A DNA stretch of 64,000 bases from Candidatus Campbellbacteria bacterium (GCA_034521025.1 JAXHMZ010000003.1:15726-79725), one strand, 5' to 3'; shown: positions 9,585 through 20,566, numbered from the stretch's first letter. The notes: generated by a model not told the origin, from the letters alone. Made by a program: numbers and translations.

Positions 9585-9794
9585 ATGGAAAAAATTAGCT
9601 ACAATCGAATTAAGGCTGTCTTGGCAGAGAAAAAAGTATCTTCAAAGGAGCTTGCAAGGAAACTTGATAGGACGGAATCTACCGTTTCAAGGTGGTGTAC
9701 GAATGATGTGCAGCCTTCAATCGAAGTGTTCTATCAGATTGCCAAGTATTTGGAGGTAAACATTCGTGAACTATTTGTTCCAACAACGAATTAG
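9585..9794 (+). CDS. XRE/Cro-C1 helix-turn-helix regulator
   Basis: NRIKAVLAEK...ELARKL...STVSRWCTNDVQPS. Confidence 0.88.
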   Translation: MEKISYNRIKAVLAEKKVSSKELARKLDRTESTVSRWCTNDVQPSIEVFYQIAKYLEVNIRELFVPTTN

Positions 9795-9799
9795 AACTT

Positions 9800-12153
9800 A
9801 TGGACGATATATCAGATAAAATAATAGATCTAAAAAAACAGCTTTATGAAGAGTTGGCAAAGGATGATTCTAACAATAATAAAATCCTTTCCATCTCTAA
9901 ATGGATTGAGCTCGATTGGATGATACAAATGTGCGTTTCTCAATTGATGCAGGTGTTATTGACCGGCTAGGGGGATGAATTCAGTCAGCTCAGTTCAAGA
10001 AACGGCCGTTGCGGGGGCTTGAAAATTCCTATGACGCAGATGCTAAAGAGGTCATTTTAACTTTTATCGACACTGATAAGATTGGCGGGACTTTAAATAT
10101 CAAAGATGATGGAGATGGAATGACAAAAGATGAGCTAATTGATGGTTTTATGAGAATTTCTTCTACAAGTAAAATACATAACCCCTATTCACGAAAATAT
10201 AATAGGAAAAGAGCTGGTCAAAAAGGAATTGGAAGATTCGCAGTTCAACGCCTAGGAACCAATTTAACTATAATTACGCAAGTTGAAAACGCGAATTATG
10301 CTTTAAAGCTTACCATCAATTGGAGTGATTATCAAAGAGATAAAGATTTAACTTCTATCACAAACAAACTTGAGGAAACGGAAAAAATAAGAGAAAAGGG
10401 AACGACGCTGATAATAGGCGGATTAAAAGATAAATGGTCAACTTCAGCGATACAAAGAATCTACCGGTATGTTAATGACATTATCCAACCTTTTCCAATT
10501 TCGGAGAAAAGTGCAGACAAGGAAAATAAAAGGAAGGAGGAAACAGAAGACCCAGGATTCAAGACAAAGTTTATAATGATTGTCAATAATGAGACCAAAA
10601 CGGTTGCTGATGACAGAATTATGGTTTATGACCACGCGTTGGCAACAATTGAAGGTTTTGTTGATGAAGGAGGAAACGGTGAATTCGAGGTAAGGAGTTC
10701 TAAATTGGATATTAATACTGGTGGGAAAGTTGGCAGTAATCCTGATGACAGTTCAATTCCATTTCAGAAAATAAAAGATACTTGGTTCCGTGCATATTAT
10801 TTCTATTTACCAAAGACGTTATACCTTCTATGCATGTTTCAAGTATTCAGAAAATTGCTAGAACACAAGGCGGAATCAGGTTGTATCGAAATGGTTTTAG
10901 GGTGTTGCCATATGGAGAAGCTGGCAATCGGCTCACACTCTAGATAAATCCTCAAGGCAACGATCATTATTACCGGCTCACGCCAATATGAATTTTTTTG
11001 GATTTGTGGAAATTCCAGATGAAAATGAAGTATTCAATGAAACATCAAGTAGGGAGGGACTTGCAGAAAACGAAGCATTCATAGAGCTTCAAAATTTTAT
11101 ATATAGATCAATCATGTCTGGCGTGACTTAGATTCTGCAGAAGTAGAGAAGGTACCCCGAAGTAACATTCTGGACAGCAGAAAGATGAAAAAGGTAATCG
11201 GGAAAAAACCGATTTCGGGATAAAAAACATAGCCCATACACTTGCAGAGCTTAGATCGTGAACTTGAAGATGAATCGCAGGAAGTATTGAAGCTAAAAAA
11301 AGAAGAAAACGAAGAATTAAGAAAGTTCAAAAAGCAATTGATGAACTAGAAACAATTCAAAAAGCGGAGCAAGAAAAAACAATTAAAGAAAGGTCTATGC
11401 TGAGGGTCTTAAGTAGTGTGGGATTGACAGTTGGACAATTCATCCACGAGATAAAATATTACGTGAATGATATTCAAAGTGATATTAGATACCTTCTCGA
11501 ACCGACTGCATGATGAAAAAGATATCATTAGCTCGGACTAAAATCTTAGACAACAATTTTTCTTCATTCCGAACTTATACTTCTTATTTCGATAATGTTA
11601 TTTCTCAAAATGTCGTTCGGGAATTGCGACCTCTAAACCTTTCTCACATAATTACTCCATTCATCAATTCAATAAAAACTGATGCAAAAAAATCGGGAAT
11701 TGAATTTGTAGAACCTATAATTGGAAATCCATATCTATATACAAAATCTATGCATCCTTCTGAATAGTTCTTCCAATCCTTTTCAATTTTTATACAAATT
11801 CTAAGAAGGCAATAAAAAGAGTTGGAGAAAAGGGGAAAATCCTAATTGAATGTGGAGCCGAGGACGAAATGCTTTTTTTAGAATTCTCTGATACAGGAGA
11901 TGGTATTTCAAAAGAAAATGAAGAATTGATATTCGATGAATTTTATACAACTACATCAGCTATAGATTTAGAAAGTCTAAATCAAAGTAATGAGATTTTA
12001 GGTACAGGGTTGGGCTTGAAAATAGTTAAAGACATTATTAAAAGCTACAGGGGAAATGTGTATGTAGCATCTCCAAAAGCTGAATATACAACATGTATTC
12101 GTGTGGAAATTCCGAAAGCAAACGATAAAGAATTAGAAAGATATGGCTTATAA
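9800..12153 (+). CDS. MORC/GHKL ATPase fused to a histidine kinase (multiple frameshifts)
   Basis: N-terminal ENSYDADA, DDGDGM, GQKGIGRFA (GHKL); C-terminal GQFIHEIK H-box, NFYTNSKKAI N-box, DTGDGI and GTGLGLKIV G-boxes. Confidence 0.8.
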
Positions 12154-13230
12154 AATTTTATACATAGAAGATTTAGACCCTGGATCAATTATTCACGACC
12201 TGAACAGCCAAGGTTTTGAAGTTAAACATCACGTTCCGAAAAGTTTTGAGAAAACTATTAAAGAGGTAGATGGCTATGACCTTTTACTCTTCGACTATAG
12301 ATTGACTGAAACAACAGCTATATTTGATGCCCCAACAATTGCACAAACATTACGAACAATTAACTCAGAAAAGCATAAGGATATTCCAATAGTGCTAATT
12401 TCAAGCGAAACAAAGATAAGTGATTATTATAAAGATTTAACAAGTCAAGACCTTTTCGATCTTTCTATTTCAAAGGACACTTTATTAAACAATCTTCAAA
12501 AATATTCTCATCGATTCATAAGTCTAATAAATGCTTATCAAAAAATAAGTGATGAGAAATTTGATGTTTTTAAGATTTTGAATATTACTGACGATCGAAA
12601 AGATATTCTCGACTATCGAGTTGTGGAAAAACTCAATCGAGAAATGTTTAGTAATGATGTATTTGCATTTTCAAGTTTCATTCTGAACAATTTAATACAG
12701 ACTATCGGCCCTCTCCTAGGGGAAGATGTATTATCTGCAAGACTTGGGGTATCTAAAAAATCAAAAGATTGGGAAAAGCTTAAAAATATATTTGATAGTT
12801 TTAGATATCGAAGGCATTTTTTCAGGATTCATACAAACGTTGGTGGACCTGATGGTCTTATCGATTGGTGGAAAAAACATAATGAAGGAGGAGAACTCAT
12901 TGCGTAAATTAAATGCAGAGCAGCGATTAAAGCAATTAGAGAAAATTACTGGATTATCCCTGTCAATTCAAGAGCCTACAAAATATGCTAAAAGTACTAG
13001 TTATTGGACAATCTGTAAGGAAACATCGTTACCAATAGACCCAATAGATGGATTAGAATTGTATAAAAAAGATTTATTGGAGTGGCAGGACAAAGAATAC
13101 CTCTCAATTCAAGCTGGATTAGAACCCAAAAAGTTTGATGCAGCTACTGGAAAGCCTATCTTTTTTAGAATTCCTTAAACCTAATGAGAAAAATAGATTA
13201 AAATCAATAGCAAAAAGTATACTGAACGAT
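12143..13230 (+). CDS. Receiver-domain protein with long C-terminal extension (frameshifted; end approximate)
   Basis: KILYIED, DLLLFDYRL phosphoacceptor, IPIVLISS; continues through ORF 12726-13178. Confidence 0.75.
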
Positions 13231-13923
13231 TGGGACACATATCTATATTCCAGAGATTTATCCGATTTTATTCAACTTATAAGAGATTATGAAGTACCTA
13301 TGGAAATAACTGAATTGGCCAATCTTGACAGTTATTTGCAATACAGTGGTGAAAAATTTCAAATTTCTGTTGAAAATATTGTTTTCAATATAGATAAAAA
13401 GATTTCTGGCACCATTCCATCAAACATTGATCATTTGGAAATACTATTTACTCACAAATGTGAAATAGATCCTGAGGTTGATGAAACATCTTACAATCCC
13501 ACGATAGTGTATGATTTTCAACTCCATATTAAAGGATATGATGATGAGAAGAAAGAATATGTGAACTGGTGGCATCTAGATAAAAACATTGAGTCTGATA
13601 CACCAAAATTCACTCACCCTTGTACCATTTTCAAGCAGGCGGAAATGAAATTGAATCAGTCAATTCAGGAGATTTAATCTTGTTAGGGGCTCCTAGATTG
13701 CCGCATCCTCCAATGGATCTATTCTTAGGTTTCCATTTTGTATTGAATAACTTCTATAGTTCAAAAGATTATGACTTCGTAAATCAATTACTGGAGGATA
13801 TTACTTATCAAAAGATTATTTTGCAGGGCGCAACTACGTATGTGGGACAATTATTTTAAGGCATTTTCAGAAAACACACATAATCACTTTACGAGACAAA
13901 ATATTTTCCGCTATCGTAAGTAA
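13231..13923 (+). CDS. Hypothetical protein with WHLD..HPxYHFQxGG..PRLPHPPMD motifs (frameshifted; ends approximate)
   Basis: ORFs 13135-13677 and 13620-13859 join at FTHP/MYHFQAGG. Confidence 0.55.
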
Positions 13924-14980
13924 TGAGTAAAGAAATATTTACATATCTTCGCTCGTATTCGGTCGATCCACAAAAGATCAATCGTCTGATTGTGACCGCT
14001 TTTTTGCATTCATTTGGTATAAAAAAAACGAAAAACAAGCTTTTAAATACTTTCCTGATAAATAAAGAAGATGAGGATTATTCAACGTTAAAGGATTTTC
14101 TTAGCAATTCACCATTTTTCAGATATTAGGAATTGATAGAGTTCCTTGAGTTCGTTATTTCACCTGAAGAAAAAGTAGTCACTGGCGCTGTATACACGCC
14201 TAAACATATCAGGGAATATATTGTAGAACAATGCTATGCAGATGTAACTGATTTTAAGAATTTAAAAATATGCGACCCGGCATGTGGTTGTTCAGGTTTT
14301 CTTTGCACTGCAGCAAAGTTAATCAAGAAAAACACTGATTTAACATATCGAGAAATCTTCGAGAGAAACATTTTTGGATTAGACATTCAGGAATTTTCTA
14401 TAACTAGGTCTAAACTTTTATTGTCTCTATTCGCGATAACTGAAGGAGAAGCAGCGGATTTTTCTTTCAACCTACATCAAGGAAATGCATTGATTTTTAA
14501 TTGGTCAGATGTTGTTCGTAATTACGAAGGATTTGATATTATACTTGGTAATCCTCCCTATGTTTGTTCCAGAAATATTGATAAAGAATCCAGACAATTT
14601 CTCTTAAATTGGAAAGTGAGCAATTCTGGACACCCAGACTTATATATACCCTTCTTTCAATTAGGAGTTGAAAACCTTAAACCCAACGGAACACTTGGCT
14701 ATATTACCATGAATACTTTTTTTAAAAGTGTAAATGGCAGAGCAGTGCGACAATACTTTTATGAAGAAGCTTTAGCACTAAGAATTTTGGACTTTGGTAG
14801 TACTCAGGTTTTTCAAAGTAAATCTACATATACTTGTATTTGTATTATTAAAAAGCAAAAATCTTAAAACTATTGATTATGCCAATGGAAATACAAATTC
14901 CTTAAATAACGGTGTTTTTTTTGTTTCCATCCCTTATACAAAATTGAGTCATAAGAATGGTTGGAATTTACATCAGGATG
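13923..14980 (+). CDS. N6-adenine DNA methyltransferase, gamma class (Eco57I/TaqI-like), frameshifted and truncated at the segment junction
   Basis: GAVYTP, ICDPACGCSGFL, FDIILGNPPYV, DLYIPF motifs. Confidence 0.85.
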
Positions 14981-15288
14981 GATACTTCTTTTCACGAAAA
15001 GTAATGCTTGCTTTCTCAGCGGAAGCCTATATTTACTTTCCTGGAGGATTCGGAACTCTGGATGAATTTTTTGAAATTGTAACTTTGGTTCAAACGCAGA
15101 AGATCCCGCGAGTGCCAATAATTCTTGTCGGTGAAGAATTCTGGGGAGCTTTGGACGATTTTATTCACAATATGTTGGTGAACAAATATCAAACTATCGG
15201 CCCGGGAGACGAAGAGCTGTACACAATGACAGAAGATATAGATGAAATTTCTAAAATAGTCAAAAACGCGCCTAAGCGTAAGGAATAA
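14981..15288 (+). CDS. LOG family (TIGR00730-like) protein, C-terminal part only
   Basis: YFFSRKVML...FPGGFGTLDEFFE signature; N-terminus missing at the junction. Confidence 0.85.
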
Positions 15289-15323
15289 ACAAAAAACCGC
15301 TTTTGAGAAGCGGTTTTTTGTTT
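15287..15323. terminator. Bidirectional intrinsic terminator
   Basis: aaacaaaaaaccgctt-ttgag-aagcggttttttgttt between convergent genes. Confidence 0.8.
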
Positions 15324-15341
15324 TAGTCCTGTATTATCTGC

Positions 15342-15845
15342 TTATCCTTTAACCTCAGGCAGGTCTACCGTAGTGGTAATTTGAACTCTGATCGCACTAC
15401 CACCTTCGGTTTCTACTCGCTCGTCCTCGTCCTCTTCAAAGGTACCGTTTTCGTTTGTATCTGTGTACAGCTCTACGTAGTATTGATCTCCTTCGGATGT
15501 GGACTCATCAAGCTCTACATTACCCGTCATATCTGTACCGGCCTCCACAAAAGCAGAACCGATAACTTCTCCGGGCTCACCGTCTACTTCATTTCTTACA
15601 ACAACAAAACCGTCTTCTGTAAGATTGAGACTGTCATAAAAAACTACGTCTCCGGGAATTTGATCGTTCACTATTACTGAATTTTCACTGTCCCCACTAA
15701 CACTGTTAAATTCTTCTTCATTTTGTTCTGGAGGGTTAACCTCTTCACTGCTAGGCCGTGTTAAAAGTAACGCAACCACCGCAACTACCAGCACAAGAAG
15801 TACCCCGACTGTTATGATAATTGATCTATTATTATTCATATGCAC
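15342..15845 (-). CDS. Membrane-anchored acidic beta-rich protein
   Basis: N-terminal TM helix; GFVVV...GEVIG...LYTDTNENGTF. Confidence 0.7.
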   Translation of the reverse strand: MHMNNNRSIIITVGVLLVLVVAVVALLLTRPSSEEVNPPEQNEEEFNSVSGDSENSVIVNDQIPGDVVFYDSLNLTEDGFVVVRNEVDGEPGEVIGSAFVEAGTDMTGNVELDESTSEGDQYYVELYTDTNENGTFEEDEDERVETEGGSAIRVQITTTVDLPEVKG

Positions 15846-15882
15846 ACAGTATACAACAAAAACACCATTTACAACAATGGCC

Positions 15883-16539
15883 TTATATTAATCCCTTCTT
15901 AGCCAAAATCGCGGAAATAGGATCGGTGGACTTACCGCGAGCCGGACTAATTTCACGTCCGTACGCTTTAAGTTTATAAGAAATGTCAAACCATTCATTT
16001 TTGGGCCAAAGATCCATCAACTCTTTCTCGACGATCTCGGGGTCATTGGTATTGACCAGACCAAATTTTCTCGCCAAGCGCAGAACGTGTGTATCCACTG
16101 CAATTCCATCAACCTCACCAAAAAGATGCCCGCGAACAACGTTGGCGGTCTTTCTGCCGACTCCGGGTAGGGAGGTAAGTTCTTCCATACTCTTTGGAAT
16201 TCTTGCTTTAAATTTACTCTTGATAATACGAGCCGAGTCACGAATGTACTTTGCTTTAGCTCGGCTAAACCCGATTTCTAAAATATCCTTTCGCAGATCC
16301 TCTTCGGAGACCTCAGCGAACTTGTTTAATGTGTTGTATTTTTTAAATAATTTTTCCGTAACCTGATTTACTTTTTTGTCCGTAGTTTGAGCCGATAAAA
16401 TTACCGCAAAAAGAAGTTCGTGGTTTTTAGAGTAATTTAAGGGCGTTTCTAGTTTTTCTGGATACAAGCGACTTAACTCAGCGATCACTATACGCGATAT
16501 TTCCTTCCGCCTTTTCAGGTCTTCGCTATTTTTATTCAT
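15883..16539 (-). CDS. nth: Endonuclease III (HhH-GPD) lacking the C-terminal 4Fe-4S cysteines
   Basis: ILSAQTTD, LPGVGRKTANVV, IAVDTHV. Confidence 0.88.
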   Translation of the reverse strand: MNKNSEDLKRRKEISRIVIAELSRLYPEKLETPLNYSKNHELLFAVILSAQTTDKKVNQVTEKLFKKYNTLNKFAEVSEEDLRKDILEIGFSRAKAKYIRDSARIIKSKFKARIPKSMEELTSLPGVGRKTANVVRGHLFGEVDGIAVDTHVLRLARKFGLVNTNDPEIVEKELMDLWPKNEWFDISYKLKAYGREISPARGKSTDPISAILAKKGLI

Positions 16540-16586
16540 GGTATATTGACTGTGACATTACAAACCCGTTGTGCAACAATTATTGT

Positions 16587-17705
16587 ATGCGAAAAATTTT
16601 TCTGCTACCACTCTTGATCATCACCTTCTTTTTAATAACAGTTTCCAGTATATCCGCGCAAGAACTTCAGCAAGAAACTGAAGAAGTATACAGAGCACGT
16701 ATTATAAAGATCATAAACGAAGAAACCATAGAAGTAGAAGGCACAGACGTTGAAAATATATCTCAAGAAATAGTCGTAAAGATCCTCAATAAAGACAAAG
16801 AAGGCGACAGAGTGCAATTCACCAATGATTACATAAAGTTAGATCAGGGAGATGTAATTTTTGTAAACTATTTGCAAACTAACGACGGACAAGAAATATA
16901 TTCTGTAGCCGAGCCTGATAGGCGAGGTGTTTTATCTATCTTTGCAGTAATTTTTGTTGCAACCTTTCTTTTGTTCGCGGGATGGCGAGGTCTACGTCCT
17001 CTTCTGTCATTAGTTGGAGTTTTTGTTGTAATATTTACGCTTCTAGTACCAATGCTTCTCTCGGGGGCTCCTCCGGTTTTAACCAGCGTTCTTTTTTCCA
17101 TAGTGATCATGGCAATAGTAATGTTTGTTACTCACGGATTCAGTCCTTCAACCGTAGCAGCCTATTTGGGGACAACCACCACGTTGATAATAGCGTCAGT
17201 ATTAGCTCAAATTGCCGTAACAACAGCCAACCTTTCTGGTTTTGGCACGGACGCGGCAATATACCTCAACATAAATACGGATGGCGCTCTTAATTTATCG
17301 GGGATCTTATTGGGATCAATAATAATCGGCGCCATTGGTGTTCTAGATGATATAGCCATTACTCAGACCGCGCTCACAGGGGAGTTGAAACTCGCCAATC
17401 CTTCACTATCTAGGAGTGAGTTATTCACAAGCGCTATGCGGGTCGGAAGAGAACACATAAGCGCGTTGGTTAATACTTTGGCTTTGGCTTACGCAGGTGC
17501 GTCACTGCCTTTATTGTTATTATTTTCACTTTCGGATCTTTCGCCATTACTGCTGATCAATCGTGAAATTTTTGCCGTAGAAGTCGTTAGAACTCTTGTC
17601 GGATCTATCGGACTTATCATAGCCGTTCCTTTAACAACCTGGTTTGCCATACTTTTGATAAACAAAGAAGACAAAACACTCGAAGGGCACTCCCATCACC
17701 ATTAG
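16587..17705 (+). CDS. YibE/F family membrane protein
   Basis: Multiple TM helices; IGAIGVLDDIAITQ, NTLALAYAGASLPL. Confidence 0.88.
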   Translation: MRKIFLLPLLIITFFLITVSSISAQELQQETEEVYRARIIKIINEETIEVEGTDVENISQEIVVKILNKDKEGDRVQFTNDYIKLDQGDVIFVNYLQTNDGQEIYSVAEPDRRGVLSIFAVIFVATFLLFAGWRGLRPLLSLVGVFVVIFTLLVPMLLSGAPPVLTSVLFSIVIMAIVMFVTHGFSPSTVAAYLGTTTTLIIASVLAQIAVTTANLSGFGTDAAIYLNINTDGALNLSGILLGSIIIGAIGVLDDIAITQTALTGELKLANPSLSRSELFTSAMRVGREHISALVNTLALAYAGASLPLLLLFSLSDLSPLLLINREIFAVEVVRTLVGSIGLIIAVPLTTWFAILLINKEDKTLEGHSHHH

Positions 17706-18580
17706 ATCAAATTAATAGCCTCTTTTAATGGTGTGGTTTTAATATCCGAGAAGTGCTTTCTAGCGTCCCTTTCCTCGTCAACCGTCATATCAGTCGTCGT
17801 CTTTTCCAAAAAAACATTCCAAGCGGTATGTTCATCGGAAGAAAGACTTGCCAAACGTTCACGCTTTGGTAGCGGAGAAAATCCCAAAGTATGACTTTTG
17901 CGCCTTTCTTTTTCTACAAAAAGATCTACAAACTCTTGATAGCTGATCTTATCATTTCCGCCCAAGTCAAACCTGTAAGTTCTCTCGATCTCATGATCTA
18001 CAGCTCTAACTATAAATTCTACAGCTTCCTTTAAAAGTATTGGCTGACATTGAAACTCCTTGGCTTCGTCCGGCAAAAGGGGAGACACGTCGTCGGCCAC
18101 GTATGAAGATATAGACTTGGCTAACAAAAGATCCACATCAAGCAACAAAGAAGCTCTGTACGAGGTTAGTGGTATCGCACTGTCTGAGAGAAAAGATTCG
18201 GCGCGCGCAAGCACATCTCTGTACACAGGCTGATTTGGTTTAGAGGTAGTGATAGATTCTAAAAGCACACCTCTGGAAACTCCGGCGACCAATGCCTTCT
18301 CTCTCACTTTTTTTAAAAATTCTGAACTACCGATATGAACATCTATCGGCTCAAGATCGTAAGCCAGAATAAAAAAAGTATCGATGTCCTTAAACATCTC
18401 TTCCGTTACTGATTCGATCTTAGGCGAGGCAATCAACATTACCTCGTGTCCTTCTTCTTCAAGTCTTGCTTTTATTCTGTCGCCAATAACGCCGTTACGA
18501 CCAAAAATGACCATTTTACGTCCCGAAGGCTCGGCTTGATAAGAGCCCTGAATAGTATTTATAAACAGTTCTCTCGGCAT
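17702..18580 (-). CDS. Divergent atypical SDR/NAD(P)-binding protein
   Basis: VIFGRNGVIG Rossmann motif, CQPILL, FDLGGNDKISY. Confidence 0.6.
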   Translation of the reverse strand: MPRELFINTIQGSYQAEPSGRKMVIFGRNGVIGDRIKARLEEEGHEVMLIASPKIESVTEEMFKDIDTFFILAYDLEPIDVHIGSSEFLKKVREKALVAGVSRGVLLESITTSKPNQPVYRDVLARAESFLSDSAIPLTSYRASLLLDVDLLLAKSISSYVADDVSPLLPDEAKEFQCQPILLKEAVEFIVRAVDHEIERTYRFDLGGNDKISYQEFVDLFVEKERRKSHTLGFSPLPKRERLASLSSDEHTAWNVFLEKTTTDMTVDEERDARKHFSDIKTTPLKEAINLI

Positions 18581-18582
18581 AT

Positions 18583-19011
18583 CTATTGGCCAGACGTTTC
18601 TGGTCGCCCCTCGTTATTTTCATCTGGGCTATCCGGATTAACCTCTATTTGAATGTCAGCACCCTTCAATCCCTCTTCTAGTTCTCTTAGTTGGTTCTCG
18701 TCCAAATCGTCATTTTCTACCCCTTCTTCTCCAGTGCCTTTAATAAAATTTATTCCTTCTACATTACCTACATCACTTTCACCGGATTCAGAAGCGGTAT
18801 TTTCTTCTGGGCGTTTTTCCGTACTTTGGTTTTCTTCAGGACTAAAACGTTTTCTTTCTTCTTCAAACAACTCATCCAGACGCTTGCGAGCCTCTTCGGA
18901 AGGAGCTTTTTCGTCTCCGTTTTTGTTAGGGTCCTCGTTGTTCCTAAGATCTTTGTTGAGATCTCCCTCAAATGGATTAGGATCTTCTGGACTGTTTATT
19001 CCTCCTATCAT
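18583..19011 (-). CDS. Acidic low-complexity hypothetical protein
   Basis: E/D/N-rich ORF abutting the downstream gene. Confidence 0.55.
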   Translation of the reverse strand: MIGGINSPEDPNPFEGDLNKDLRNNEDPNKNGDEKAPSEEARKRLDELFEEERKRFSPEENQSTEKRPEENTASESGESDVGNVEGINFIKGTGEEGVENDDLDENQLRELEEGLKGADIQIEVNPDSPDENNEGRPETSGQ

Positions 19012-19211
19012 TGCTCTACATTGTACACAAGCAATTTTGTTGTCGCAATGTCAAACTATTAACAATATAGAGTCTTTGGGGACTAATTTTCATATTTTTT
19101 AACGATCGCGCAACAGCATTGATGTTTTTAATATCAAGAAAATGTTGTACCCTGGAGGTACACGAGAAGATCACTAATTCGTGAAGATAAATCATCCATC
19201 ACACAATTTAT

Positions 19212-19655
19212 ATGAGTTCAAAAAACATAAAACAACACAATTCATACGACATAAGTCTTCTTCAGTCTAAGGCATACAGGATGGTAAAGACCAAAATAAA
19301 TGAGGCATTGGAAAAATCAGATATCTCGGCCACCGACTGGGCTATTTTAGGAGCGCTTGAAAGCGCCGATGAGCCTCTATTGTTCGGAGAATTAGCTGAA
19401 AGCGCCGGCGTAACCGCACCCAGAATAACCATTGTCGTCAACAATCTCAAAAACAAAGGCTGGGTGTCAATAAAAATGGACTCAAGCGACAGCCGACGTA
19501 AACGAGTTGCTTTATCCAAAAAAGGAAAAAATTTCATAAAAAGCACAGAGAAAAAAGTTCAAAGTGTAATTCAGGATTTCTTTAGTGACATTCCGGCCAA
19601 GCAAACAGAGTACTACTTTAAAGTTTTGGAGAAAATTTCCGAGAAGCATATATAG
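19212..19655 (+). CDS. MarR family regulator
   Basis: DWAILGAL, ELAESAGVT, L..KGWV, DSRRKRVALSKKG. Confidence 0.88.
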   Translation: MSSKNIKQHNSYDISLLQSKAYRMVKTKINEALEKSDISATDWAILGALESADEPLLFGELAESAGVTAPRITIVVNNLKNKGWVSIKMDSSDSRRKRVALSKKGKNFIKSTEKKVQSVIQDFFSDIPAKQTEYYFKVLEKISEKHI

Positions 19656-19682
19656 ATTTTTCAAGAAAGACCTATATTAAAT

Positions 19683-20534
19683 ATGGAAACTGAAAGAAGG
19701 GAGAGGTTTGTATTGTTTACTATATTAGGTGCAATTGCGCTCGCTCTAGTATTTTTCTCAACCGATGTTACGCGATCAGTTAGTACAACTAGTACAACCG
19801 ACGAGAGTCAAACGAACACAGAAGTTAAAAACATAGAAATAGTAGAGACCGAAAAGGAAAAAGCACCGCCAGAAAAAACAAAAGAAACTCCGGAAAAACT
19901 ACCGGACATAGTGGCCTTGAATCCTTCCGAGTTAGCACTAGAAAAAAGAGAAGGAGAGGCTTTACTGGTTTTTAGCTCTTCTTATTGGAACCAAGGTCCG
20001 GGCGTGCTTGAGCTCGTTGGAATAGAAAAGATAGATTCAAAGGAAGACAACGAAGAGGTTTGGCAGGTAGACCAGCGAATCTACCGCAAGGACGGCGGAT
20101 ATTCTGATAAAAAAGTGGGTGCCTTTAAGTGGCATGCTTCACACGAACATTTTCACTATGACTCATTTGCTTTATACACAATAACATCTCTTGATGATCC
20201 CGATATTACTTTAGAAAAAGAAAAAGCGGGATTCTGTGCCCGCGATAGAGATACGCATAACCTTATGCTTGAGGAGGCACCGGACAATTCAACTTATTTT
20301 TATTGCGAAGAGGAACTGCAGGGGGTATCTGTAGGGTGGGGAGATACATATGACTACACCATTCCCGGCCAAGAGATAAACGTGGACGATCTTCCAAGCG
20401 GCAGATACATAATCCGAGTTGAATATAATCCGGACAATGAATTAAGCGAAGTGAGCTATGAAAACAACATCTCAACAAAAGAATTCATTCTGGATAAAGA
20501 AAACGGATACATCTCAGTGGTAAATTCTGAGTAA
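19683..20534 (+). CDS. Membrane-anchored lysyl oxidase-like protein
   Basis: WHASHEHFHY Cu-binding histidines, KAGFC, GVSVGWGDTY, NPDNELSEVSYENN. Confidence 0.8.
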   Translation: METERRERFVLFTILGAIALALVFFSTDVTRSVSTTSTTDESQTNTEVKNIEIVETEKEKAPPEKTKETPEKLPDIVALNPSELALEKREGEALLVFSSSYWNQGPGVLELVGIEKIDSKEDNEEVWQVDQRIYRKDGGYSDKKVGAFKWHASHEHFHYDSFALYTITSLDDPDITLEKEKAGFCARDRDTHNLMLEEAPDNSTYFYCEEELQGVSVGWGDTYDYTIPGQEINVDDLPSGRYIIRVEYNPDNELSEVSYENNISTKEFILDKENGYISVVNSE

Positions 20535-20537
20535 CAA

Positions 20538-20565
20538 AAAAGCCCCTCCGGTTGGAGGGGCTTTT
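20538..20565. terminator. Bidirectional intrinsic terminator
   Basis: aaaagcccctcc-ggtt-ggaggggctttt. Confidence 0.8.
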
Positions 20566-20566
20566 A

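Noticed and set aside
1373-14980. Mass pseudogenisation or programmed frameshifting in segment A
   Set aside because: Indels affect many unrelated genes and stop abruptly at the junction, which fits low-coverage long-read error better; only the IS3 A-run is a plausible programmed shift
14794-15288. Apparent novel MTase-LOG fusion protein
   Set aside because: Created by the junction between two unrelated segments; both parts are truncated
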